Shown: positions 28,491-43,299, counted from the stretch's first letter. The stretch: DNA of 64,000 bases from Octopus sinensis (GCF_006345805.1 NC_042997.1:150474001-150538000), one strand, 5' to 3'. The notes: generated by a model not told the origin, from the letters alone. Made by a program: numbers and translations.

Positions 28491-31380
28491 TGTAAGAAAC
28501 TTGCAGCACAAACGTATTTAACAATGCACAACCTCCCCTCTTGCGACTGGCAAAAGCGATAACATTTCTACACAACCTGAACATACAGAGATCAATATGT
28601 ATCTGGGAGATTAATTGGAATTTGTGGTATGGGGACAGCTCTACACATGTCCATGTACTTGCAACTGAGATACACTAGAATCAGGTTATCGCGTAAAACT
28701 GAAATTCACCTCAGGAATTTCTAGCACCAAGGAGAGGCGTTTTATTCCAACCACCAGATCATTACTTAAGCGATATTACATCTGTATATCAATCCCAGAT
28801 ATAACAGACCTTCTCATTTGAGTCAACCTGCAATATCACTTTCAGTAAGATAGTCATTATTACCTTGTTGGTATAACCTGAATATAGACTTTTACCATGA
28901 ACTTTTGAGGGTAATCCTCAGATATTTTGTTACTCGGAGAAATGCAAAATCGAATAAAAAAGGACGGCATTATTCTATTGTAAGATGACAAGGTAATGAA
29001 CTTAGCAATCATAGACTCCTCAGACTATTTAATTGGATAAAATTTTCCTCCCAGCTTTTTCTGTTTATATCTAGATCGATAGCGTAACTCTGTGTCTTTT
29101 CCAGATTTGGAGATGCCATTTGCCGAGAATTTTGTGCGTAAACTTTAGCTAATAGCACGTTCACCAAAAACCTACCATTAACATAGAATATTAAATTGTA
29201 TAATTTCCATGCAACATAGCCAGTTAGGTAGAAAGAAGTTTAATAGGAGCCGTCCGGACTACACTGATTCCAAAGCTATAGCAATCAATGTTCATTTAAT
29301 TTTAAGTAGCCATTATTAGTGAGCGATCAAACCGTGTTGGGAATGTCGGTTTATAAACATTTCTGGCTTGTTGGCTTGATATATTCACACGTGGGATATG
29401 TCAAGAAGGAACGTCATTTTAAAACAATTTTCATTTCACCAGACGTCTATACTTACGCATTTCTCTCAGTTATAAATAAATTATCAATAACACGTGTATC
29501 AGCTTTACATTTGCCTTTAACGATTATAACAAATATGAATTTATTTTATAAAAGCAGTAATTATTTTGGACCCTATCATGATGCAGAATTAATGAAACTG
29601 ATGCTTACTCGAGATAATTACAAGTATAATTTAGAAGAATAATTCAGTGGCTGTGTGTGACATAGAATAATGATTCAGATTATTTTTCTATCCGATATAG
29701 TAATCTATTACTGATAATTCCGATTTCTAGTGTTATGGATATAACAGAAAAAGCTTACGCATATATCCATGAATTAATAATGGACTTGTAAGAAGACTAT
29801 GATGGAAATACGACACGATAATCAGAAATTAGACGAGTTATATCAATATAAAATACTTTATGTATCTCCTTAGTGATTAGTATTGAATTGAATCTGTAGA
29901 ACGTTTGCATTTGCAAAATATCGATTATTAAGACGGGAGGTTAATATCATCAAGATTAGAGGTTAATATTGATTTCTCAGATTGCCACAAGACAACGAAT
30001 TTTTAGGAGGAGAATAATAGTCGGATCAACCGCAATATATAGGTGGTACTTATTGATTCCACTCGAAAAGGATCAAAAGAAAATCGCCCCAATGGCATGT
30101 ATGGGATTTGGAATGCTAAGATAAAATACGAGTAACACTAAGAAATTTAACCCGGCTTTACCTTTTAATTATCTTTTTGTAGGTACAATGTTTTGATTAT
30201 TACCACTATGAAAAGAAGTAGAAGTTTCATACAGGAAGAGTAAAATGCATTTTCATCTTCACATTTCCACGAAGTTGCGATCACGTTCCACATCCGCCGT
30301 TTTTAAGCTATTTTCGCACACTTAACATAGGGAAAATTAGAGATTTCAGAATGTTTACTTCTACTATTTTAAAAATATGTTTTGAATATTAATCTATGAA
30401 ATGTATAATGTTGTTTGAGAACATGTTCCTTTTTGAAAGAGTCGAAAGTAAATCGTTGGGCTATTCAAATATTCAATTATTTAACAGGAATTCACAAAGG
30501 GAAACTAGTCTAAAATACATACATACATATATACATACATACATATATATATATGTGGTATATGTATATATATATATATATATATATACATTTATAAAAA
30601 AAAACGAAACGTCATTAGAATTATATTTCACGGTTATATATTTATCTAATCTTGTACATTGTGTCCATAGCAGTCAGCAGAGATACAAGATATATGAAAA
30701 GAATCTTTAACGATAAAATATTACATTACCCATTTTCCATTACCGTAAAATATTGTTCTGAGTAAACAAACCAAAATAATGCAATTTTCCAGTTAGAATT
30801 TTTCTCATTATTTTTACTGTAAACATTTCGAAAAAGGAGAAAGTTATCATATTGCGATTGTAATCAAGGCTGCCGTATTTACTTGTCAAACTGGCATTTG
30901 GTGTCGTAAGGTACTTCCATAGTAGTAAACTTTCAACATTAAAGAGCTTAATATTTTATGAGCAAAGCAGAAGAGAGGCAGAGTAAAAACGTCTTTCCAG
31001 ATCTCCTTAGATGGGTAGAAGTGGTGCGATGTATGCATAATGTGAACGACTATGACAGAGCTTAAAGGAGGTTTGTTGCAAAGTATTTACTAGTACTTAT
31101 CTAGTTGATTCAGGATAGCTTATTTCGTTGTACTAGCGACACAGGTCATACATAACAGAATGCAAGTAAAGGTCGCCTTTTGATGCGTGTATCTCAGTTA
31201 ATCAGACTTTTGACCTGTTTTTCCTGTGTAAGAGTCATACCAGCATGTGAGTAGTGCTTCAATGTTAAAAAATATGCTTGAAATTTTAAATACCTGGAAA
31301 CTCGTTTTCTGAATTCTATAGGGTACGTTAACTTTTGATTTCTATGGCGGAAATGATAAATATGAAAGGTTACTATGACT

Positions 31381-31782
31381 CTCTCTTTACTCTCTTTTAC
31401 TTGTTTCAGTCATTTGACTGCGGCCATGCTGGAGCACCACCTTTAGTCGAGCAAATCGACCTCAGGACTTATTCTTTGTAAGCCTAGTACTTATTCTATC
31501 GGTCTCTTTTGCCGAACCGCTAAGTTACGAGGACGTAAACACACCACCATCGGTTGTCAAGCGATGTTGGAGGGACAAACACAGACACACAAACTCACAC
31601 ACAAACATATATATATACATATATACGACGGGCTTCTTTCAGTTTCTGTCTACCAAACCACTCACAAAGCTTTGCTCGGCCCGGGGCTATAGTAGAAACA
31701 CTTGCCCAAGGTGCCACGCTGTGGGACTGAACCCGGAACCATGTGGTTGGTTAGCAAGCTACTTACCACACAGCCACTCCTG
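31381..31782 (-). mobile_element. SINE family A, near full length
   Basis: CTCTTTTACTTGTTTCAGTCATTTGACTGCGGCC...GGGACTGAACCCGGAACCATGTGG...CACAGCCACTCC. Confidence 0.9.
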
Positions 31783-32039
31783 ATCATTATAAATTGACAT
31801 CGAACTCTACTGTGGTGCTGGGCTTTATTAGTGTGCTATCAATGAGCGGGTAATATTTACTTAATGATTTTTAAATCTATTGAAAGATTAAATTTTCACT
31901 CGTTTCCCTTTTAATTTTATTTTCTATCCAGCGTCAGGACAGTACGGATTTCATCTAATACGCTTATGTTGCTTATAAAACACACGCGTGTAAGGGGTGT
32001 TAACAAGCAGTGAAGAGTAGTTTAATCTACATGTGTTTG

Positions 32040-32145
32040 GGTAATAAGCAACGCCAAATATATGGTAAATACGGAAATAGAAGACTGTGAGAGCTGTAAA
32101 CAACGTTAAAATAGCAGAAAGATCGAGTCTGAGAAGGACCAATTA
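32040..32145 (-). mobile_element. Possible CR1/L2-type RT fragment
   Basis: VLLRLDLSA...RIYHIFGV loosely resembles the DLSAAFDTVDH...RL...FG region of CR1/L2 RT, but the later motifs are absent. Confidence 0.25.
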
Positions 32146-32275
32146 ATTTACAGTGAAATTATGGCGACTAACTGGAAATTTGAACTTTAACATCGAGAAA
32201 CAGATGGGATACATTGCCGAACAACGTAAAATGTTCAATATAGATTTGTTCAAGGGCATTTATCTAACGCATACA

Positions 32276-32501
32276 CTCTTTACTCTTTTACTCTTTTATT
32301 TGTTTCAGTCATTTGACTGCGGTCATGCTGGAGCACTGCTTTTAATCGAGCAACTCGACGCCGGGACTTATTCTTTTGTAAGCCCAGTACTTATTCTATC
32401 GGTCTCTTTTGCCGAACTGCTAGGTGACGGGGACGTAAACACACCAGCATCGGTTGTCAAGCAATGCTAGGGGGACAAACACAGACACACAAACACACAC
32501 A

Positions 32502-32567
<66 letters not shown>

Positions 32568-32735
32568 TACGACAGGCTTCTTTCAGTTTCCCTCTACCAA
32601 ATCCACTCACAAGGCTTTGGTCGGCCCGAGGCTATAGTAGAAGACACTTGCCCAAGGTGCCACGCAGTGGGACTGAACCCGGAACCATGTGGTTGGTTAA
32701 CAAGCAACTTACCACACAGCCACTCCTGCGCCTAT
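32276..32735 (-). mobile_element. SINE family A, full length, head partly duplicated (32736-32756)
   Basis: Complete tail and head. CCACACAGCCACTCCTGCGC occurs twice in tandem immediately before the PLE. Confidence 0.92.
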
Positions 32736-32756
32736 CCACACAGCCACTCCTGCGCA

Positions 32757-34268
32757 TCATTAACTTTTTCACCTAATTCTCAAGTTCTAGAGGCAGTTAA
32801 TTGTGTAGCCTATTAGATTTAACTCTAAGTATAACTGAGGTAATAACTGCAATGGGTACGAAAGTTGCACCTACCTATGCAAACCTGGTGATGGCCTACC
32901 TGGAATCACATATCTATGAAAAATCCAAATATAAGTACGGCCAGTCTTTCCACAAATACCTGTTGGAGAACTGGAAACGCTACTTAGATGATTGCCTCAT
33001 CCTATGGTCCCACACACTCGACCAACTTATAGACTTCAAAAACCTTATCAACAGTGTAAATAACAACATTCAATTCACAATGGAATATAGTCAGGACCAA
33101 CTCCCTTTTCTTGACATCCTAATCATTAAAAAGGCGTCAACATTGAAACTGACATCCATTACAAACCCACTGACTCTAAACAATACCTTCTATTCACCTC
33201 CAATCACCCAAAACACACAAAGACAAATATCCCCTTCAACCTAGCGAGAAGAATCTGCACTATTGTCTCAAATGACACAACACGAAATAGAAGACTCCGG
33301 GAACTAAGGGCAATTCTTCTCGAAAGACATTACCCGGCATCACTAGTAGACAACGGAATAGAACGGGCCAAATCAATCAACATTCAAGACCTTCGAAAAC
33401 CCAAACACATCCACAGTACAGTAAATAGCCTCCCCTATCTCTCAACACACAACCCAAGGAATGCAGAAGCTTACACTATTATATACAACAACATTCCACA
33501 ACTAAATCAAGACCCACGCCTGAAAAAAATACTGGCAGCTCATAAAATAATAAAAAGTAAGAGACAACCTAAATCCCTAAAAAACCTCCTCACCAACGCA
33601 AAATTACACAACACAAACCCACCGCCCACCATAAAAAAATGTGGTCGCCCCAACTGCAAGACCTGCATCCACCTCATTGAGGGATCGTCGTACAAGTTCC
33701 ACTCGGGACACACATTCATCATAAAAAATAATTTCACGTGCGCATCAATAAATTTACTCTACGTCATAAGGTGTGAATGATGCCACGAAGACTACATAGG
33801 GCAAACGAGCCTTACCCTCAGAGAAAGAATGACAGTTCACCGACAACAACTGAGGGACCCATCCACAAGACAAATACCACTAAGTGGACACTTAGACCTT
33901 TGTGCACACAATAAGTCCCCCAAATTCTTAGTCTTCCCACTATACCAAAGCTCGGACAACACCACAGACCAAACACGAATAAATAAGGAAAGTAATCTTA
34001 TTCAAAAATACAGACCACAACTAAACATACTCTAACATCCCCCCTGGAAACACATCCAGAGCAAGCAAACACACAGGGACGCGCGCACGCTCACAGCATA
34101 TCGTGCGGGCGGGCACATGCGCGCATCGGCACGCATAGGACACACTAGCGGGCATTGACCGCACACATACGTGGCATGCACACGCATGCATTATATATAT
34201 GTAGGTGATGTATGTGTGTGAGTGTTGTGTGTGTGTGTGTGTGCACGTTGTGTGTGTGTGTGCGCGAG

Positions 34269-34300
<32 letters not shown>

Positions 34301-34476
34301 CACTGTGTGCGTGTGTGTGTATATGTGTGTGTGCGCGCGCGTTGTGTGTGTGTGTGCACGTGTGTATATATGTGTGTGTGTGTGTGCACTGTGTGCGGGT
34401 GTGTGTGTATGTGTGTGTGTGTGTGTGTGTGTGAGCATTGTGTACGTGTGTATGTATTTACATGTGTATTTGTTTT

Positions 34477-34511
<35 letters not shown>

Positions 34512-34705
34512 TGTGTGTGTATATGCATGGTATGTGTGTGTATGTTAGTACTTTGTTTGTGTGTGTGTGCGGTATGTAGAGATATATTTGAGTGTGTACG
34601 CTATAGGTTTGTAATTTGTGTTTGGGGGGGTGAATATTTTATATATATATATGTGTGTGTATGTGTGTGAAAAAATATATGTATGTGCATGTATGTATGT
34701 ATGTG

Positions 34706-34751
<46 letters not shown>

Positions 34752-35522
34752 GTGTGTGTGTATGTGTGTGTGTGTATATTTATTTGCATGTTTATGTGTG
34801 TATAAACATGTACATTATTTGCATGCGCATTGTCTATATGTATATTGTATGTATGTGTATTGTATATGTATGTGTACAATTAAGTGTATATATGTATGTG
34901 TATGTGTGCATTGTATATATGTATATTGTAGGTGTGCTATATATGCATGAATACATGTATATGCATTGCGTGTATATATATGTATGCATTGTGTATGTAT
35001 GTTATGTGTGTGTGTGTTTATATATATATTATATGTATGCGTACGTGTATGTGCATGCATTGTATGTATGTATATTGTGTGTATATGTGGTATATCTATG
35101 TATGTGTATGTAAACACTATTTATATGTATATATGTATATATGTATATGCATTGTCTATATATATATATATTATATGTATGTATTGCGTATGTATATTGC
35201 ATGCATATATTGTGTATGTGTATTATTTACATGCTGTATGTGTGTATTGTATGTGTATATATATGCTAGTTGTATTTGTGTGATATTTATATTATGTTTG
35301 TATGTGTGCGTGTGTTGTGTGTGTGTGTGTGTGTGTGTGTTGTGTGTGTATGTGTGTTATATATCTGTGTATATTATATATAGATACAAGTTATATTTGT
35401 GTGCTGTGTGTATATGTGATATATGTGGGTGCGTTGTGTGTGTGTGTGTGTTCTGTGTGTGTGTGTGTTGTTTGTATGTGGTGTGTGTTTGTATACTATG
35501 TGTGTGTGTGTGTGTGTGTTGT

Positions 35523-35554
<32 letters not shown>

Positions 35555-35720
35555 TGTGTGACAAACAGTCGCTATCTGACCAGCAGGCACGGACACATCT
35601 ATTCACACCCGCATACTAACCTCCTGATAACCCCAAAATCATTCATGCATAAAGGGGATGTATACACCACATTGGCTACTTCTTCTTTTCTCTCAGTTCA
35701 GCCTTTCTGCTAATACCAAC
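32757..35720 (+). mobile_element. 5'-truncated Penelope-like element (Neptune-type): RT + Cys linker + GIY-YIG endonuclease, followed by a 3' region
   Basis: TAMGTKVAPTYANLVM, KRYLDDCLILW and LPFLDILI (32801-33130). A frameshift in the A-run near 33130 restores TDIHYKPTD...HPKHTKTNIPFNLARRI. Linker CGRPNCKTC (~33640-33667). Endonuclease FTCASINLLYVIRCE*CHEDYIGQT...RMTVHRQQ...HL...KESNLIQKYRPQLN, ending at TAA 34035. The 3' boundary is uncertain. Confidence 0.92.
34190..35560. repeat. ~1.4-kb complex (TG/TA/TGTA)n low-complexity tract
   Basis: Directly visible; the + strand is strongly T/G-biased. Confidence 0.95.
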
Positions 35721-35985
35721 AGGTCAGTAAAAATATATTCTCGCCTTGAACTTAAAATATTCTGAGATGTATAAAAAATCCATTTTAATTTTTGCTGTCA
35801 AAAGGCTGTATATATATACCAAAGGCTGTATATATATACATGTAATGTGACAATTTGCGACAACCAATAATTAACGCAACCAATTCCCAATAATATATTT
35901 GTTTTATCCTTTTCTGCCAAATTTTCCCAAATATTCTCATCACACTATTGAACTTCTCTGTTACCAAACACTATATTTATACATG

Positions 35986-36125
35986 TAATGTGACAATTAC
36001 GTATAAAAAAATATTTTTGAATTCATAATATCCAATGTGACAATTATGTAAAAAACTTTTTTGAATGCATAATATTCAATGTGACAATTATGTAAAAAAG
36101 TTTTTTTGAACCCATATTATTCAAT
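35986..36125 (+). repeat. AT-rich minisatellite, ~43-bp unit, about 3 copies
   Basis: AATGTGACAATTA(C/T)GTA(T/A)AAAA...TTTTTGAA..CATA(A/T)TAT(T/C)C is repeated; a further TGTAATGTGACAATT occurs at ~35841. Confidence 0.8.
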
Positions 36126-36220
36126 GTTTCCTTAAATGTTACTTTTGACAATCTTTTACCAAAGAGTGAAACCGGTTAAGTAAATAAACATCGTTTAAAT
36201 TGCATTTTCAAACCTTTTTT

Positions 36221-36257
<37 letters not shown>

Positions 36258-36805
36258 CTTTCTACTTACCTAGCTCTCTCTCTCCCACACTCACCCTCTG
36301 TCTGTCTGTCTATGTCTCCGTCTTTCTATCAATCTATGTCACTCTCTAATGTTTTCACTTTCATTTTTCAGACGCTATTCTTTGCACATTCAATTTTAAC
36401 ACGCCATTGTGTTTCCACTTTAACTGAAATCGTTATTGTTTTGACAGTAAGTTTACGTTTTCAATCGCTATTTATGACAGAAAGAAGTTCAAAATTAGTG
36501 ATGTAAGTAATTTCATAATTTACTGAGAGAAGTACGGTTTTGTGTTTTTCTGTTGCTGAGTGATTTTTGTTCTGGTACCTTCGATACTGACTCTTTGGTT
36601 CACTAAGTGACAGATTTCGCTTCAATCCGTACGGTACTTTATTTTGCGTTACAATTTCTTATTTGCTTTTTGCCCGTCGTATTAAGGAAGCGTAATTTCC
36701 CGTTACCAAGTTATTTTCATCGCTTACAATCCTCTGCGCATGCGTATTTCTCTATACGTATATAACCACGCTTAGAAAAAAAGTATCAAATTTGTCTATA
36801 ATATC

Positions 36806-38085
36806 ATGATCAGCCAAAAAATGTCTCTGTCCAAGGAAAGAGAGACAGCTGCAGAAAGGGAAGCGAGCCAAGAAAGGAACAGACTGTGTACTACAAACAT
36901 CAGAGCATCTCAAAGTGACGAACAGAGGTATGCACGACTGACAAGAAATAGGATCTCCACTGCAGAACGAAAATCAGTTGCAACAGCTCAGAGAAGCAAC
37001 TTCTATGAAGCAGCGTTCTATTGAGCAGCGATCCAGCAATTCGTTATGCAAATGACACTAGAGTTTCCATTGCTGCAATGAGAGCTGTGTGCTTATATTG
37101 TAAAGCAAGGAAGTGACCTGGGGAAACACCTGCACTATGCTTCAGTAGAGGAAAGATTAAACTCCTGCAATACTCCAACCTTGAAGAAACTGATGTCAAC
37201 AACTGCCCAAGGTTCCAAGCACTTCCAAAACAAAATGACACAGTAAAATGCGACACAACAGATCATATTATTTGGAGCCATAAGAGATATAACTGAGACA
37301 GGATTCATGCTAATTTTGAAGGTCTGAAGGTCAGATTTATCATCGGATTGTCTCTACTACCTCTGTCAAATGAATCACTAAAATTCCATCAAATATATTT
37401 TATGGATGATTCCGGCATCAGGATGAACAATGTAGTGTCTCTGCAAAAGATGCTGCATAACAGCAACTACCTGATCAGAAGCTTCAAGACTGCGCTTGAA
37501 ACAATACCACCACACTCCAGGGATTAGAAGGTAGTAATCAGATCAGGCAAGAAATCATATGTTCAACATGGAGCAATGTTTAAAGCGCATACTGCAAAGG
37601 AAATAGCTGTGCTTCTGGTTGGGCAAGAACATGATAAGTGTGATATTGTCCTCCATCTCAGAGACAGCACACTGATGAGGATTTCCAAAACACACAGATC
37701 CAATGATGCACTAGAATATCCATTGCTGTTCTCTTATAGACAAGATACTTAACACATTGATATTAGATGGACTAGCTCCTCAAAGCGAGTTTCATCCAAT
37801 GATTTCTATGCATTCCACATCATGGTCAGGAATCAAGATTCAAACCACATCCTACATTGTAAAGATTTGTCCAGTCAGTTCATTGTTGACATTTATATAC
37901 AAATTGAAAGTGAACGATTACTCTACTTGAGACTGAACCAGAAGAAATTGAGAGAGGAATCATATACACAACTTCAAGATGCAATCCTGAATGATCATGA
38001 TGTCTCCAATTCATCACCTTTCGTTTTACCGTCTGTTGCGTCAGTATCAATATAATATTCAATAAATGGGTCTCAGTCATATAAT
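36806..38085 (+). mobile_element. Decayed Helitron RepHel, 5' half (N-terminal Cys region up to just before Rep motif 1)
   Basis: Fragments: AVCLYCKARK*PGETPALC..GKIKL (~37085-37160), GQIYHRI (~37328-37350), HRSNDALEYPLL (~37694-37730), and SQFIVDIYIQIESERLLYLRLNQKKLREESYTQLQDAI...FVLPS (37822-38055). All are typical of the Helitron N-terminal region. Confidence 0.85.
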
Positions 38086-39426
38086 GGGTTCTATGCAATT
38101 AATTTTTGCCCAAGCAAGAAGGACAGCGGCAGAGACGAATTGCGAGGAACGGATGTTGTCTTAAATATGTGAACCTGTCCCGAATGTTTGCACCAAAATT
38201 AAATCTGCTAAATACAACCAAATATCAAGTGGTGGTGTGAAAAAGATAAGCTTAGTCTATCACTCAAAAGAAAAGAATACAAGGAATCTGAGCTTATCTC
38301 ACGCTAATCAACCAGCAAGGAACGGTGCTTTATAGATCTATCACAAACGTGCGAAAAATTTTACCATGACTGTGAAACCAGAGCTCAGAGAGCTGGAATA
38401 AAATATCGCAAGACAACTCTGCTGGCGTTCTAGAAACCAATCTACAATCTTAGATTGTTACTAAAATTTATGGAAATTCCAAGGATAGATATTCAAAGGA
38501 AGGCAAAATTTTGCTGGGTGGGATTTGAATTCAAGTCCTACAGAACTAGAACTAATAATGCAAGCCATTATTTATTAGATGCTTCGCCTTGGTTCTATTA
38601 ATCACATATTTTAGCGTCCGTAAGACGAACTGGAAAACGACCGAAAAGACATTCAAGCAGGGGAATTAGTCCGAAAATACTTAACAATGAGTGGACACAG
38701 TTAAAGGGTCTTAGAAACCTGATGCCAGCGGTACAATTATTTGGCGTCGTATTGATGTAAGAAACCAATAACAATACAATAAAGGCAAAGGTCATAAAGA
38801 CACAGAAACTGAAGAACGCAAGAATCAGTCAAGTAAATATTATAAATATAAAAGGAAAATAAAAGAATCAGAACATAATCGTAGGATTTAGTATGCAGAA
38901 TGAAACAATTAAATTAGAGATTATTGTGATATATATTAGTAAAACTCACAGACAATTATTTTAATTGGTTGATAGAAAAAAGAAGAATCAACAATAAACA
39001 GAAAAACAATGGATATAAATTGTTTACGTAAGCCGCTGGGATTTTAGAAATAATGTCAGAAAAGTCAATAAATCAATCATACATAGATACATACATGCGT
39101 ACACACATTGACTTACAAAAGAGTATGTACACACACGCACACACACGCATACACACATATACACACACACTGGCATATCGATATATAGATAAATAGATAG
39201 ACAGATACATACATACAGCGATTGATAGATACATATGTGTTCGTTTATAGATTATTGGTCCCATATACACATATATATGCATATATCTTTATGAACGTAT
39301 ATACGCATGCACATACAGACAAACATATATACACGCATACATATTATATATAAATGCACATATATATATGCACATAAACATACATACATATGGATACATA
39401 TACATATTTGTATGCATATGTATATA

Positions 39427-39471
<45 letters not shown>

Positions 39472-39809
39472 ATATATACTATATACTTACCTACATACAT
39501 ATATATGTATGTATGTGTCTGTGCATATATGTATGCGTGTGTGTGTTTGTTTTTGTCTGTGTGTGTCTGTGTATAAATACTCGTACATAGACTCACAATA
39601 CATTGAGAAGAACATACATATACACACTCATAAAAATACACGTAAACATACATAAATTATTCTTACAAGCAAAAAACAAACTAAGAAAGAAAAATTATTT
39701 TTATAGTGTACGCAGTCAGTCAATTTTCAGTTATTGTTTGAATGATTTTATGGGTAATTATATATAAAACGTATTCGATAATACATATACTCACATACAA
39801 ATTTCATTG

Positions 39810-39852
<43 letters not shown>

Positions 39853-42803
39853 TATATATATTTGGAGTGTGTTTGATTTACACTCAGTAGATCGATTTGT
39901 AGTTGATATTTAGTTACATCAGTCTGTTTTCAGTTCAAATTCCACTGAAGAATATTCGGGAGATTTGCATTTTTACATCCTGTCGTCTATAATTTCAATA
40001 TCTCTCGATGTAATCGAAACCCGTGTACTACTAATGCCACAATTCAATGACTGCGACACGAAATATAAAATGATGCACAATAAGTATGCTTATGTATTAA
40101 TGTTTATATACATATATATTTCGTAACCATGTACATATTCACACCGATTTATATATATATATATATATAAAACTAATGCGTGTCAATTGTAAATGCATGT
40201 ATATATTTTATTCATACATGTACATGTATGTAAGGATCTTTGTATATAGGATCAGAAATGAATGCTTATGGCGATAAGTAATCACTTCCATCCTGTATCG
40301 TCGTAAGATCATGGGCAACCTCACCGGTTTAATCACTAGAATAGCATTTTATGGAAAAAGAAACCCTCCTAGAGAAGGCGAATAACACAATATACGTTGA
40401 AATGCCGTCTACGAAATGCTGCACTGGCTTATACAGATTCAAGACAGTGAATGCGTAATCTAGTAATCCATTCAGTTGATGGAAGACTACAAATTTTAAA
40501 TACTTTCGTATTATTGGGTTAATTTCGTTGTCAATATATAGAAAGGGACTAGTCGTCGAGTTGGACGTGTTTGCCTATATTAAGATAATGGCGTTCCTGC
40601 TGTGCAAGTGTCAGTCACTGTAATCTCTGCAATGTATGGTACAGTTTAGCTACCGGAGTGAACCGTGCCTCTCGTTGGTAGTACGGTTCATCAGCGAATA
40701 TTTTATAAAGAAAACAACATATTAAACGGTTTTATCCATATTAGGCTTTTAAAATCCTTTGGCGATATGTGCCTAGAGAAATATACTGATGTGACGATTG
40801 GATGCATGCTCTCTCAAAATTGCACATTGGGCATAAGAGATGTATGTATGTACGTAGTATTATATATGTATATATGTATACATGTATGTATGTATGTATG
40901 TATGTATGTATGTATGTATGTATGTATGTATGTATGCATGCATGTTTGTATATATGCATGCGCATGTATATGTTTGTTAATTAGAGTTTAATTTTTCGTT
41001 CTATTTTCAGTGTCTTTGTGTATTCGTTTAGGAAATAATGAAGAGTGGGAAATATTTGGGATTCGGGTTACTACGTCTGTCTTTACTATTTGCAAAATAC
41101 TATCTTTGATCAGATATTTCTAATATGATGCTGTTATGGTGGATTTAGCATTGTGGAATGTTGGCTTCATTATGTAGTTTGGTTTCCTCAATGATATTAT
41201 GACGTTTCTTTTGTTTTTAATAAATGCTGCTGTAAGTCTGTGTTGCATGTAAAATCGTGAACGTTATCGAAATAGGAAGAAGCAATGTTTGCATGGGCTG
41301 CAGTGATTTACTCCAGCAGAATTCTGAAATAAAATGAATGCAAGAAAAAAATTAATAATTAATAATAATTTTGCAAATTTATGTATTGAATATAACAACA
41401 ATCTAAAAGTGGAAATAGATTAATAATTATAATAATTACATAACAGGCGAACTATTTACCGAGTGATCAGCGAAAGAAGTCTCCGAATGTAAAACTGCTG
41501 CTAAACTTTTAGCTGCTATAAAGAAAATACGAGATATTAACCACTATGGACTTAATGAAAATAGATGCACACATCAGTGTCAGCTGAATGAATCAAGTTA
41601 TTTACGTTGCTTCCAAAGCAGTCAGATGACAATGCAGTCTCTTCAGTAAAACCACACATAATAGTACGAAATCTAACGAAAAATGTTGTAAGCAAACATA
41701 CAGAGAACGATAAACAAATAAAACCAAAATTTTTCAATCCTCAGTGACATCAACAAAGAAGAGAAAAAAATGAATAAAATACGAATACTACGGAAACAGA
41801 AGATAACACAAATGAAGATATCAAAATCAAAGAACAGCGAAAACAACAGATCTATGCTAAATCGCTACCTTTCCACCGTTATAAAATTTGTCAACGATTC
41901 TTTGGAGAAAACAAATTGTGTTGAATCCAAATTAGTTACAACAGCTAAGTAAAATCAAAAATAGGAAAATAACAATAAGTGAAGTAGAATTTTTCGTGAG
42001 GAAGAGAAGGAAATACTGGTGGAAAATCGAATGGGAAATATTTTTCAAAAACGACAGGAGCAAAAAGCGAATAATCACGGCAAGAATCAACTACACAAGA
42101 AGTGACCCAGGCATTACAGAACTTGAACTATCGGAAATCAATAGAAAATGATAAAGTTCTGAAACTTCAGCTAACATATCTAACATAGATACGCACAAAA
42201 ATATTTGCAAATATAACCAAAGATGAAGATGGAATAATCAGACACCAAAACAGAATTTCCTACCAAGGTAAAATTCATATTTACGCAAGAATCTAGCGTA
42301 AAGTCTGGAACTACAAAATGTAAAATGACAACATAAAATCACCTTAGTAATGCTACCACTACTATTAGAATTATTCATAGAGAACAATTTCGTATTAAAC
42401 AGGCAAATGTCATTGAAAAGTTTGAAGAAAAGGTCGCGGCACAATTAAACGTAAGGCCTCTAAAGACTCCCTATACTTGCAACAAAATGTGACAAGCCTG
42501 GCCCTTCTCAATTTTTCCAGCTGCGTGGACTGGAACAAGGTGAGAAAAAGGGTTTTATTCAAGGACACAACGCACTGCCAATGGTTAAATATAGTGACTG
42601 TGGCCATGTAATTCCAGGAAGACATCTGATTTGGGGAAAACATCCAATCCCACTGCCAGGTGCAAATAAACGGATGAGACCACGAGAAAGACTGTTCAAA
42701 ACGCTATGTCGTTTAAAATTAAATTGTGTCTTTCTCTCTCTATATATATATGTGTGTGTGTGTGTGCGTGTGTGTGTGTGTGTGTGTGCGTGTGTGTGTG
42801 TGC

Positions 42804-42844
<41 letters not shown>

Positions 42845-42855
42845 TATTAACTCTT

Positions 42856-43247
42856 TTACGTGCTTCACTCATTTGACTGCGGCCATGCTGGAGCACCGCC
42901 TTTAGTCGAGCAACTCGACCCCGGGACTTATTCTTTATAAGCCCAGTACTTATTCTATCGGTCTCTTTTGCCGAACCGCTAAGTGACGGGGACGTCAAAA
43001 CACCAGCATCGGTTGTCATGCAATGCTAGGGGGACAAACACAGACACACAAACATACACGCACACACATATATATATACATATATACGACGGGCTTCTTT
43101 CAGCTTTCGTCTACCAAATCCACTCAGCAGGCTTTGGTCGGCCTGAGGCTATAGTAGAAGACACTTGCCCAAGGTGCCACGCAGTGGGACTGAACCTGGA
43201 ACCATGTGGTTGGTAAGCAAGTTACTTACACATAGCCACTCCTGCGC
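42856..43247 (-). mobile_element. SINE family A, near full length
   Basis: CATTTGACTGCGGCCATGCTGGAGCACCGCC...GGGACTGAACCTGGAACCATGTGG...AGCCACTCCTGCGC. Confidence 0.9.
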
Positions 43248-43253
43248 TTTATT

Positions 43254-43299
<46 letters not shown>

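Noticed and set aside
35986-36125. Regularly spaced repeats as a CRISPR-like array
   Set aside because: Head-to-tail AT-rich units without unique spacers, in eukaryotic DNA; it is a minisatellite.
41700-42700. A-rich stretch suggestive of a retroelement ORF
   Set aside because: No recognisable RT or endonuclease motif in any frame that I could read.
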